The position numbers and the translations under genes were made by a program. Source: an uncultured delta proteobacterium (GTDB lineage: Bacteria > Desulfobacterota > Syntrophobacteria > Syntrophobacterales > Syntrophobacteraceae). From it: a DNA stretch of 64,000 nucleotides. Position 1 is the first letter of the stretch. Each line of letters starts with the position of its first letter. The stretch is taken from NCBI GenBank assembly GCA_963808625.1, contig CAWEHK010000051.1:32001-96000 (forward strand). The letters run 5' to 3'. Shown one piece after another: positions 11,392-20,349 of the stretch. Under the pieces are notes generated by a model, which worked only from the letters and a program-made list of their open reading frames with translations, searched no databases and had not been told where the DNA came from.

Positions 11392-11497
11392 TCTGGATCG
11401 AAAACATAGACTGTTTCACTGCCAGGTTACCTCGCAAATGAGGCCACGAAGGCCCCTGAGCCCGCTGTGAAAGCGGGAGGGGCGCCGGTATGTGGCA
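11392..11497 (+). promoter_or_regulatory. Candidate attenuator, copy C (before receptor 2)
   Basis: GGCC-ACGAA-GGCC (11442-11454); GCCAC can alternatively pair with GTGGC (11492-11496) just 5' of the RBS AAGGAG. TATAGT lies at 11385. Confidence 0.55.
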
Positions 11498-11516
11498 CAT
11501 TCGCAAGGAGCCTATC

Positions 11517-13563
11517 ATGATTACCCGTTTCTTTTCCCTCCTGGTTCTTTTCCTGTTCGTTTTCATGCTCAGCATCGGGTTCATCGCACCCCTGGGCGGC
11601 AGCGCCGAGGCCCAGGACGACGACAGGGCAAATCCTCTTCGGATCAAGTCCCACTGGTGCGTCGTCCGCCACCGCAACCCCCAAGGAGAAGACCTATGCG
11701 CTGGAAGAGATCCTGGTGGTAGCGCCGCCTGTCATCGAGGGCAACCAGGTCAACCGCCTCGGGAGTCAGTCGACCGTTGTCAGTGAAAAACAAATCGAAG
11801 ACCTCAATGCCCAGGACCTCCCGCAAGCACTGCGCATGGTGCCCGGCGTCGTCATTTCCCGATTCAATCCCATCGGCAGTTTTGGCGGGCGGTGAGGGCG
11901 GCTCCATTTTCATTCGTGGCCAGGGCAGTTCACGGCCGGGAGCAGAAGTCCTGACGCTTATCGATGGCATCCCCAAGTTCGTAAGCGTCTGGACTCACCC
12001 TCTGATGGATGTTCTGAACGTGGATATCGCCGACAATATCCAGGTCTATAAGGGAGCGCAGCCGGTGCTCTACGGCAATATGGCGGTTGCCGGCGCGGTG
12101 GACATCACGACCAAGCGGAAGAAAGAAGACGGATTCTACACCAACCTTCAAGCCGCAGGCGGTTCCTACAACAGCGCCATCGAGGTCGCTCAGACCGGCG
12201 GCAGGATAAAGGCCCTGGACTATTACCTGGTCCAGAGCTTTCGCCGCTCGGACGGCCATCGGCCTGATGCCGACGGCGCCTTGCAGAACTACTTCGGGCA
12301 TATGGGCTACCAGATGTCGGGGAACTGGGATGCGGGCGTCACCTTCAACGCATCCAATAACTGGGCGGACGATCCCGGACGCATCGACGGCTTGGCCCCG
12401 ACCCCAGGGAACGTTCAAAACCAACGGACTACTTTACGGTGGCAACCATCGCCAACCAATACGAGTCACACGGACGGTTATTTCAAGGCCTATTCGGACG
12501 TCGGCCACATCAAATGGCTGGACCAGTTCAACACGACCACCAAGAAGAACACGGACGACACCCTGACCGATTACAACAATTACGGTTTCAGGGCTCGTCA
12601 AACGGTTAAGAGCATGGGATGGCGGGGAATTTCTCCTGGGCATGGATCTGGATGCGATCAGCGGACAGGTTGACCTGGTTTCGCCGTCGGCGGCAAGGCG
12701 GCATTGGGGCGATGAAACGTGGCATATATTTGCGCCTTACCTTGCCTTAAGTCAATTGTTCGGATCGAAAGACAGCTTCTATGCCATTCCCTCCGCCGGC
12801 GCCCGTTACTTTTCTCACGATCAGTTCGGGACCGAAATGGGGCCCCAGGCCGGGTCTGATTCTGGGGTACAAGGATACGGAATTCCATGCGATGTATTCT
12901 CGAGGCGTCAATTATCCCGGCCTCTTCGTGAAGGCGAACAGCGATCTCTTCATGCCGGGAGACAACAAATGGCAGAATTTGAGCCCCGAGACCGTCAATC
13001 ATTACGAAGTGGGCATCAGTCAGCGATACAAGAAATGGGCGAAGATCGATTTCACCCTTTTCTACGACGATGGTGACAATCGCATTGTCACGACTACGCC
13101 TCCTCCCTTCCCTCCCCTCTGGACCAATTTCGGGGCGTACCGCAACAAAGGCGTGGAAGGCACCGTGACGGTCTTTCCTCTCGATGATCTCTCCCTTTAC
13201 GCAGGAGCGACCTACCTCGACACCACGCCTTCCGATCTGCCTTATGCTCCCGAATGGAGTACGAGCTTCGGCGCGAACTACCGGTTCCTGAAATACTTTC
13301 AGGCAAGCCTGGATGCCCTTTATCTCACCGACTATTTTGTCAATTCCCGCGCCCGCAGTGCCACGGCCCTCAATATTGACAAGGTGGATGGCTATTTTCT
13401 CTTGAATGCCAAGCTCACTTATGATTTCAATATGCCTTTCCGCCAGATGAGGGGCCAGCTCTTTATCGCCGGCGAGAACTTGACCAATGCAAGCTACCAA
13501 CAAAAAGCCGGCTATCCCATGCCGGGGATAAACGGAATGGGTGGATTCAAACTGACTTTCTGA
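11517..13563 (+). CDS. TonB-dependent receptor 2 (several frameshifts)
   Basis: Signal peptide, plug (IFIRGQG...LIDGIP...IQVYKGAQPVLYG...AGAVDITTK), LSPETVNHYEVG, C-terminal GENLTNASY...GYPMPG...GFKLTF. Confidence 0.85.
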
Positions 13564-13586
13564 AAGGATTGACGAGGGAACATCCG

Positions 13587-15076
13587 ATGCGCCGAAAATT
13601 CTTGCTTCTGGCCGCTTTGCTGGCGGTACAATTACTGTTTGTGGGCTCTCCCGGAGCGGCCCATGAAGCAGCGAACACCTATCATTGTCGACACCGATAT
13701 GGCCCTGGATGACGTCCGGGCGATCATCCTGCTGCTCAGTTCCCCGCACGTGGCCGTGACCGCCTTCGTTACCTCCGACGGCTCATCGTCTCCCGAAGCC
13801 GGCTCCCATAATCTGGAAAGGGTGCTCGCCTTCTTGGGCAAGAGCGACATCCCCGTCGGCACGGGTCGGCAGCTCAATCTGCCGCCTCCGCCCTGGCGGC
13901 CCATTTCGGAAGCGCTGGGCTGGGCGGACCTCCCCGCAGGAAGCCAGGGCACTCCCGGGGGAACACGCCCGGCGGTCCCGCTCATCCTCGAGGTGCTCTC
14001 CCAAAGCCGGGAACCGGTGAGCTATGTCTGCCTGGGGCCGCTCACCAACCTGGCCGACGTACTCCGCGAGCAACCGTCTGCGGCCCAACGGATAGCAAGC
14101 GTCATTTATTACGGCTTGCCGCCCGCAGCGCCCGATCCGGGATGGAACACGAGCCGCGACAAGGAGGCCGCGGAAATCGTGTTTCGCTCCGGCATACCCT
14201 TCTATGCCGTGCACTTGACGCCTGAACAATGGCTCACCTTCGATGCGGCGCTGTACCAGGAAATCGCCAAAATCGACACCGAACCGGCCCGCCTGATCAC
14301 CCGGCTCCACCAGCATGAAAAGACCCAGAAGCTGCTGCAGGCAAATCATTTCGTCGCCTGGGATGAATCGGTGGCATTGTACCTGGACGAACCGGCCATC
14401 GGCATTTTCAAGAAAATGGAGCAATCCGATTCCGTGTTCAGCGTGGCCGCATGGGATCGCGCCGCGGCGCGCGCCGTCTACCTGGCCATCCTCGCCAACC
14501 CGGCGACACCGGGGCTCGGCGGCCGCACCCCGGTGGTCCTCAGCGAGCTATCCCACTCAGCCGGCGCTCTTTCAGGAGGATCTCCGCCCGCTGGTTTCAA
14601 AGATCATTGCCCTCTACGGCCTCGAGGAGTGGCAGACCACCGTCCTCACCAACGAGTTGCACCGGCACTTGGGCATCTATTCCATCCTCGGCGCCAAGAT
14701 GGGAATCCGGGCGCGAGAACTGCTGTCGGCATCGCTTGATGAACTTGCCGTGGAGAGCTTCGCCGGCCTGGCACCACCGGTGAGCTGCCTCAACGACGGC
14801 TTGCAGGTGGCGACCGGGGCCAGCCTGGGAAGAGGCACCATCAGCGTGCCGACCACCGCCTCACCCACGGCCGAAGCCGTCTTTGTCAAGGGCAGCCGGA
14901 GGCTGCACCTGCGCCTGAAGGATGAGATCAGGAACCGCATTCGGGCCGATATCCAGCGGGCCGTTCAGCAGCACGGGAATCTCACCCCGGAGTATTTCAA
15001 GGAGGTGCGGAGGCTTTCCCTGCAATACTGGGCGGAGATGAACCGCGCGGAGATCTTTGAAGCCCGGTTCGAATAA
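13587..15076 (+). CDS. Nucleoside-hydrolase-like domain fused to an FmdE-family domain (frameshifts near the start and ~14550)
   Basis: IIVDTDMALDD and CLGPLTNLA (IU-NH motifs), followed by NELHRHLGIYSILGAKMG...SCLNDGLQVATGASLGRG (FmdE motif). Confidence 0.75.
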
Positions 15077-15272
15077 CGGGCTTCCCGGAATGATCCCTGC
15101 ACCCTGGCAGGATCGCCTCAGCACTTGGCGATCGACATGACCACCGGGAAGTTTTGTCAGTAAAATTGGGCCAGGAAGGCTCCTGAGTTGAACACGGCAC
15201 GGTGGCGCTTGAGGCTTCTATATTGATGCAGCCTGCCACCGCCTATTTTTCAGTAAAAATGCAAAAAATGAT

Positions 15273-15300
15273 TTGACATTCCGTTTCTTCCATGTAGAAT
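15273..15300 (+). promoter_or_regulatory. Sigma70-type promoter
   Basis: TTGACA-16 nt-TAGAAT. Confidence 0.6.
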
Positions 15301-15302
15301 GC

Positions 15303-15409
15303 TCTCACTTTGAGCATTGAAGCTCGAGAAACTGAGGTTATAGATCTTTCTGTTCTGAATTGGGTCATGAAGGCCGGAGGTGGAATGAACGTCACCTCTG
15401 GCCTTTTTT
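15303..15409 (+). promoter_or_regulatory. Candidate dual-hairpin attenuator, copy D, with intrinsic terminator
   Basis: TTGAGC-ATTGAA-GCTCGA, then GGTC-ATGAA-GGCC (15363-15375) overlapping terminator AAGGCCGGAGGTG...CACCTCTGGCCTTTTTT. Confidence 0.6.
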
Positions 15410-16063
15410 GTCTTTGAGTAAGAGACTCAACTCGCTGAGACTGTTCGGGAGACGGATATCTTCTTCCTGTGTGCATAATCTGCTTTGTGCGCACCTGTTA
15501 ACAGGACCAATGACGAGAGTAGTGATGAACCGGGAGTTGCAAACAGAGCAAGTTTTGCAGAGTGGCGGAGTAATATTGTCACCTCTTGATGTGATCTTGT
15601 GAATGATGTGCTCCTCCGGGCAGTCATCTCAAAGTAGTAGACAGAGTTGTAGGTTCAAAAAAATTTAACGCAGGGCGCAAACCGATCTCCTCGGGTCGTA
15701 TACGCCGTAACACCAAAGGGGGCCAGAAGGCCCCCTATCCTTCCTCATCAAAAGATAGAAACATGATCGGATGCTTGCTTCGCAGCCGATGTTTCGTGGT
15801 GAATAGATATTATCATATTTGTGGTCCTGGCAGTCTGATAGTTCTTAGCCTACGAGAAGGTGAACTTCCTTGAGCGTTTGCAGGAAAGAGCCCAACGCAT
15901 GGCGCGCCAGGGGAATTGGAAAACAAGGTTAGGAGTGTGGTCACGAAGGCCAGCAGTGATGCTGGCTTTCGTGTTTTGGTGCGCTGGTGGGAGCCGGAAA
16001 CTGCCGTTCACTTTGAGAATCCTTCGACTTCGATGCAGGCCGGTGCTGCAGGAGGAGGTTGCC

Positions 16064-17174
16064 ATGCCCGTCAACCGGAAGCGCGACGCGCTGGTTTTGG
16101 ACCAGGGGGAAATCGAGAGGCTTCAAACCATTCAATCCTCAGGAAAGGAATCTCCTTGGTCCGTCGTTCGTGCGGGAATTCTATTACGATACGCCCGCGG
16201 TGAAGCCATCAGCGAAATTGCCCGCCAAGAAGGTGTGAGCCGCCCCACCGTCCAGCATTGCCTCGACAAGGCTTTGTCGGGGGGCATAGAGACGGCGATT
16301 CGCGACCTGTCCCGTACGGGACGGCCCTCCATGGTGACCGCTGAAGACAAGGCCTGGGTAATGCACCTTGCTTGCTCCAGGCCCAGAGAGCATGGATATG
16401 AGTCAGAAGAATGGACTTTGAGCCAATTGACCAGCCATGTTCGAAAACACGCAACAGAGACAGATCATCTCTCGTCGAGATGCTCAGAAATACATTATTC
16501 GTACGATAATAAAGGAGTCGGCAGGTAGTCCCCACAATGTGGCCTATTATTCCGACCGACGGGAGCCGGAAGACGGGGCAAGAATGGCTTCCCTCTTTGC
16601 CGTCGCCAAGGATGTTGAACTGCTGCTGGAAACCGGCGCAGAGAGGGGCATCAGGAACACAGAAATCCCCCACAGCCGCCCCCGGAACTCCAAGGGGCGT
16701 GCTGCCACCGATATTACCGCGGACCTGGTTTCAGAACCGAATTCGCATCCCTTCTGGTTCAGAGACTACGAACGCGACCAGCTCGGGAGGGTTCATCTGC
16801 TGGCTGGGATTGATCTTTGCGATGGTCACGTCATCGCGACGGTTTGCGACAAGAGCCGGAAGCAGGGGTTTGTCGATTTCCTGGAGGTTGCCGACGACCA
16901 CTACCCGCCGGACTGGCGAATCAGGATTTTGCTAGGCGGCCGCTCGGCCGATGTCTCCAGACAGAACATGAAAGCACTGAGAAGATACCCCAATCGCTTC
17001 GAGTTCGTTCACGCCGATGGGGATGAATCGTGGCTGAACCTTGTTGATCTTTTTTTCACCAGAATGACACGAGGGTTCGTCAGGTCGATACGGGCAAAAT
17101 CAAAGGCAGAGTGTATCAACCGCATCAATGATTACGTCGGAGAGATCAATTTCCTGCCGGCCGGCATCACCTGA
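16064..17174 (+). CDS. IS630-family transposase-derived protein, apparently lacking the DDE triad (one frameshift ~16470)
   Basis: RBS GGAGGAGG; HTH region (RAGILL...ISEIARQEGVSRPTV...RTGRP...WTLSQL); RNase-H-like region with LLAGIDL and SWLNLV. Confidence 0.75.
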
Positions 17175-17254
17175 CTTTGCCGTCCGAAAGTGAGCAAGCT
17201 CAGCCGTAGATACCCTCTCCCCTTTTGACACCGAATACGGCGCCCCATCCCGAA

Positions 17255-17464
17255 TCAGGCATGAATTTCGACGGTAAAATCTTCCACGAACAGAATCCGG
17301 CGGAGGTTGAGATTGATTTCCTGAATCCGGGCCGTCATCCGGTACTGCCGCCCGTATATGTCATGGATGAAGACTTCCTCTCTTTCAGACGCAACGATGT
17401 TAACATTCTCAAGGATGAGTTGCGCCCTTCCACCCCGCACCAGATAGGCTTCGACCTCGCACAT
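17255..17464 (-). CDS. cooT: CooT-family nickel-binding protein
   Basis: MCEVEAYL...LILENV...DIYG...IQEINLNLRRILF. Confidence 0.8.
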   Translation of the reverse strand: MCEVEAYLVRGGRAQLILENVNIVASEREEVFIHDIYGRQYRMTARIQEINLNLRRILFVEDFTVEIHA

Positions 17465-17515
17465 ACTCGTCCTCCTCAATCGATGCTGCTCGGTTCGACC
17501 TTTTGCTCCTGATTC

Positions 17516-18019
17516 TCAGGCCTTCAAGTGTTTGACAGGTTTCTCAACACCGAGGGACGAATTTTGAGACCGAGATTGATGTCGGATTTGGGCAAGGTCG
17601 CTGCCATTCATGATGGCGGACAGATGTTCGTTGACCAGCTTGTCAACCAGATGAGGCAGAGGGGTAAAGACGGTGCCCACAATGACCACAGGTTCCAGGG
17701 TGAGGGGCAGCAGCAGTTTGATCGCCTTCGCTGCACCGGTTGCGTGGGCCATGGCCGGACTGACCTCTCCCATCATCGCGTTGCTGATGATAATCGAAAT
17801 CGGTCCGATGATCACATCCACCTGATGGACACAATGACAGACGGCGTTTTCTCCGGTCGCACCCCGGTTTGCACCGACTTTCATCATCTGGGAAGTCGCC
17901 ACAGCATTGGTTCCGATGGCCCAGATTTCCACCCTCTCGCCATAGGCCTGCCTGATCTCTCTGATGATAGCGGAACCGATACCCGCTCCCTGTCCATCTA
18001 TTACTGCGATCCGGATCAC
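17516..18019 (-). CDS. DUF3842 family protein
   Basis: IAVIDGQGAGIG, AIGTNAVATSQMMKVGANRGATGENA, NAMMGEVSPAMA. Confidence 0.85.
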   Translation of the reverse strand: MIRIAVIDGQGAGIGSAIIREIRQAYGERVEIWAIGTNAVATSQMMKVGANRGATGENAVCHCVHQVDVIIGPISIIISNAMMGEVSPAMAHATGAAKAIKLLLPLTLEPVVIVGTVFTPLPHLVDKLVNEHLSAIMNGSDLAQIRHQSRSQNSSLGVEKPVKHLKA

Positions 18020-18037
18020 AATCCCACTCCCTGAAAC

Positions 18038-18226
18038 TTAGCCTTCTTCCAGCACGATCCGGTGATTGACGAGATTCATCTCTTTAATGCGTCCCTTCAC
18101 CCAGCGCTGTTGTCCAAAGATGCCCTGAATGAAAACGTTCTCACTATCGGGCTTGATGATATCCGCGCTTTCCATAATGAGCTCTTCTTTCCCTCCAACG
18201 AGCAAATAAACGTTTGCCTCACACAT
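18038..18226 (-). CDS. cooT: CooT-family nickel-binding protein
   Basis: MCEANVYL...EELIMES...IFGQQRWVKGRIKEMNLVNHRIVLE. Confidence 0.88.
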   Translation of the reverse strand: MCEANVYLLVGGKEELIMESADIIKPDSENVFIQGIFGQQRWVKGRIKEMNLVNHRIVLEEG

Positions 18227-18591
18227 CTTCTCATCCTTTCTCCCCAGTCTGCGTCCTTAGCAAACTGCGGCATTGAGATCCTGAAAGCATTGCTTCGAGA
18301 AAACGCCCTCTCACCTCCGAAAACACTCTCCGCTCGTGCCAAAGATTGCCGTGAAGCTTTTCGTCTCTCCTCCTTCCTCCTGAGGGCATGGCGTCGCATG
18401 AACAAGAAAAGCCACACAACGCGGTTCACCCATCTCCGGGCAGGTTAAAGACTTTCGCAGCCTTTGCTTCACAAGCTGAACGGAAAGCTTTCCGCAACAC
18501 AAATGTTCGCTGATTTACGAGAAAGGCACAAGAAACGCCTCAGTCGAGGCAGGTATCAACAGAGGGGCGGGAGCGCGTGGTGCTGTCGGAC

Positions 18592-18725
18592 AAAAAAATC
18601 CACGACGACATTCAACCCCTTTGGTCGAAAAGCCTTCGTGGCTCTGATTGTGTTCCTAAAATGCTTTGGTTGTTGCTGAGTTACTCTCTTACCTTCCTGG
18701 TAAGCATCGCCTTGTTTTTAGCGCA
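18592..18725 (-). promoter_or_regulatory. Candidate dual-hairpin attenuator, copy E (before cooT-DUF3842-cooT)
   Basis: On the minus strand: CTTACC-AGGAA-GGTAAG, then AGCC-ACGAA-GGCT overlapping terminator CCACGA...TCGTGGATTTTTTT. Confidence 0.75.
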
Positions 18726-18848
18726 TTCGGTGTGGAATTACAAGATCAAAGTCTCCATGCAATTGCCATGGGAGAGAGATTTTGTTCTGTTGACCTATGT
18801 CGATAAGCATGGTAGGCGTTGTAGGGCAATACATAGTATTGTAAATAA

Positions 18849-18957
18849 CCTGGAGTCAGGAACTCCGGAACACGCCATAACCAAGCGAATGAAATGTAAA
18901 GCCATGAAGGCTTGCGATCCTCTTAAGGGGACGTTTGCCCTCATGGCTTTTTATTTT
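18849..18957 (+). promoter_or_regulatory. Candidate dual-hairpin attenuator, copy F (before cbiM operon)
   Basis: CTGGAGT-CAGGA-ACTCCGG, then AAGCC-ATGAA-GGCTT (18899-18913) overlapping terminator AAAGCCATGA...TCATGGCTTTTTATTTT. Confidence 0.7.
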
Positions 18958-19022
18958 ATGGCGTTCTGGATAGCAGGCGGTGTTTTCGACTCTAATGGTT
19001 CACACATCCGGGAAGGAAAGAG

Positions 19023-19628
19023 ATGCACATTTCTGAAGGAGTGCTCAGTCCGGCGGTCCTGGGCGCCGGGGCCGCGTTGGCGGCCGTGGGAACCGCCATT
19101 GGTCTGAAAAAGATGGAATACGATGCCATTCCCAGGGTGGCCATCCTGTCCGCCGCTTTCTTTGTGGCCACCCTGATTCATGTGCCGGTAGGACCAGTCG
19201 GTTTGCACCTCGTGCTAAACGGCCTCATGGGGCTGCTGTTGGGGTGGACGGCGGTGCCCGCTATCCTGATCGCCCTGTTCCTGCAGGCCCTCCTCTTCCA
19301 GTTCGGAGGGCTGACCGTGTTAGGGGCGAATACGGTCATCATGGCTCTCCCTGCCGTGGTCTGTTTCTATTTGTTTCGCCCCTTGTTTCGTCGTCCCGGT
19401 ATCGCTCAGTCGGTGGGGGCTTTTGCCTGCGGTTTCACCGCTATTTTGCTCAGCGCGCTGTTGGTGGCCGTAGCCCTCATTTCCACCGGCCAGGCCTTTT
19501 TGCAAGTGGCCGAACTGGCCGTTCTGGCCCATATTCCGGTGATGTTCATCGAAGCCATCGTCACCCTGTTTATTTTCCTGTTTCTTAGAAAGGTTCGCCC
19601 CGAAATGCTGGAGGATTTGTATGCCTAA
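19023..19628 (+). CDS. cbiM: CbiM/NikM ECF-type Co/Ni substrate-specific component
   Basis: N-terminal MHISEG metal-binding motif; HLVLNGLMG; QFGGLTVLGAN. Confidence 0.92.
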   Translation: MHISEGVLSPAVLGAGAALAAVGTAIGLKKMEYDAIPRVAILSAAFFVATLIHVPVGPVGLHLVLNGLMGLLLGWTAVPAILIALFLQALLFQFGGLTVLGANTVIMALPAVVCFYLFRPLFRRPGIAQSVGAFACGFTAILLSALLVAVALISTGQAFLQVAELAVLAHIPVMFIEAIVTLFIFLFLRKVRPEMLEDLYA

Positions 19629-20349
19629 ACAGACGCCACCAATATTCGCCAGTGATTCTTTCCTTTATCGTCCGATCTCCGCTAAAACCTCCCACCCTTG
19701 GCTCATCCCGATCATGCTTTGCCTCTGCCTCCTGACCCTGGCCTCCCCGGCCCTGGCCCATCGGGTGCTCGTCTTCGCCTATGCCGAAGGCGACACCATC
19801 CATACCGAAAGCAAATTCGTGGGCAGCGGTGCGGTGCAACAAGGGAAGGTGCAGATCCTGGATCAAAAAACCGGGAAGGTCCTCTTGACCGGGACTACCG
19901 ACGACCAGGGCAAATTCTCTTTCAAAATTCCCCCCGAGGCTGCCGCCCAAAGGCTGGATCTGCTCGTCGTGGTGGAGGCCTCTATGGGCCACCGTGGCGA
20001 ATGGCAGATGAAAGCCCACAGCTATCTTCCAGGCGCTGAAACGGCTGCCGGCGCGGCTACTCCCGTCGCGCCAAGCCCTGCTGCTGCCGGCGCACCAACT
20101 TCGGAGGCCCCTGCAACCCCGACGCCGCTGGCTCCTCCCGATATCAGGGCGCCCGCCGTCGACCGGCAGATGCTGGAGGAGACCCTGAATAAGGTTTTGG
20201 AACGCCAACTCGCCCCCATCAAGGAAATGCTGGCGGAATCACAGGTGCACAAGACTACCCTGACCGACATCATCGGCGGCATCGGTTATATCATGGGCAT
20301 CTTTGGCCTGCTGGCCTATTTTCAGAGTAAGAAGAAGAAGGATTCGTGA
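19621..20349 (+). CDS. CbiL/NikL-like accessory component of the Co/Ni ECF transporter
   Basis: Signal ending ALA-HRVLVFAY, GTTDDQGKFSF, ASMGHRGEW, C-terminal TM IIGGIGYIMGIFGLLAY; lies between cbiM and cbiQ. Confidence 0.7.
   Translation: MPKQTPPIFASDSFLYRPISAKTSHPWLIPIMLCLCLLTLASPALAHRVLVFAYAEGDTIHTESKFVGSGAVQQGKVQILDQKTGKVLLTGTTDDQGKFSFKIPPEAAAQRLDLLVVVEASMGHRGEWQMKAHSYLPGAETAAGAATPVAPSPAAAGAPTSEAPATPTPLAPPDIRAPAVDRQMLEETLNKVLERQLAPIKEMLAESQVHKTTLTDIIGGIGYIMGIFGLLAYFQSKKKKDS

Noticed and set aside
15670..15740. Possible c-di-GMP-I (GEMM) riboswitch (GCGCAAACC...)
   Set aside because: It lacks the GNRA loop/receptor and the GACGCAAAGC-type second stem.
3975..18957. Leaders as canonical ANTAR, CsrA or NiCo elements
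   Set aside because: The loops are ANGAA pentaloops rather than A1/G4 hexaloops, most lack GGA, and no NiCo-type four-way junction is evident. An Rfam search is still needed.
18577..19107. ORFs spanning leaders E/F, and 10670-10957 spanning leader B, with similar translations
   Set aside because: The similarity comes from the conserved non-coding leader read antisense; there is no RBS or protein-family signal.
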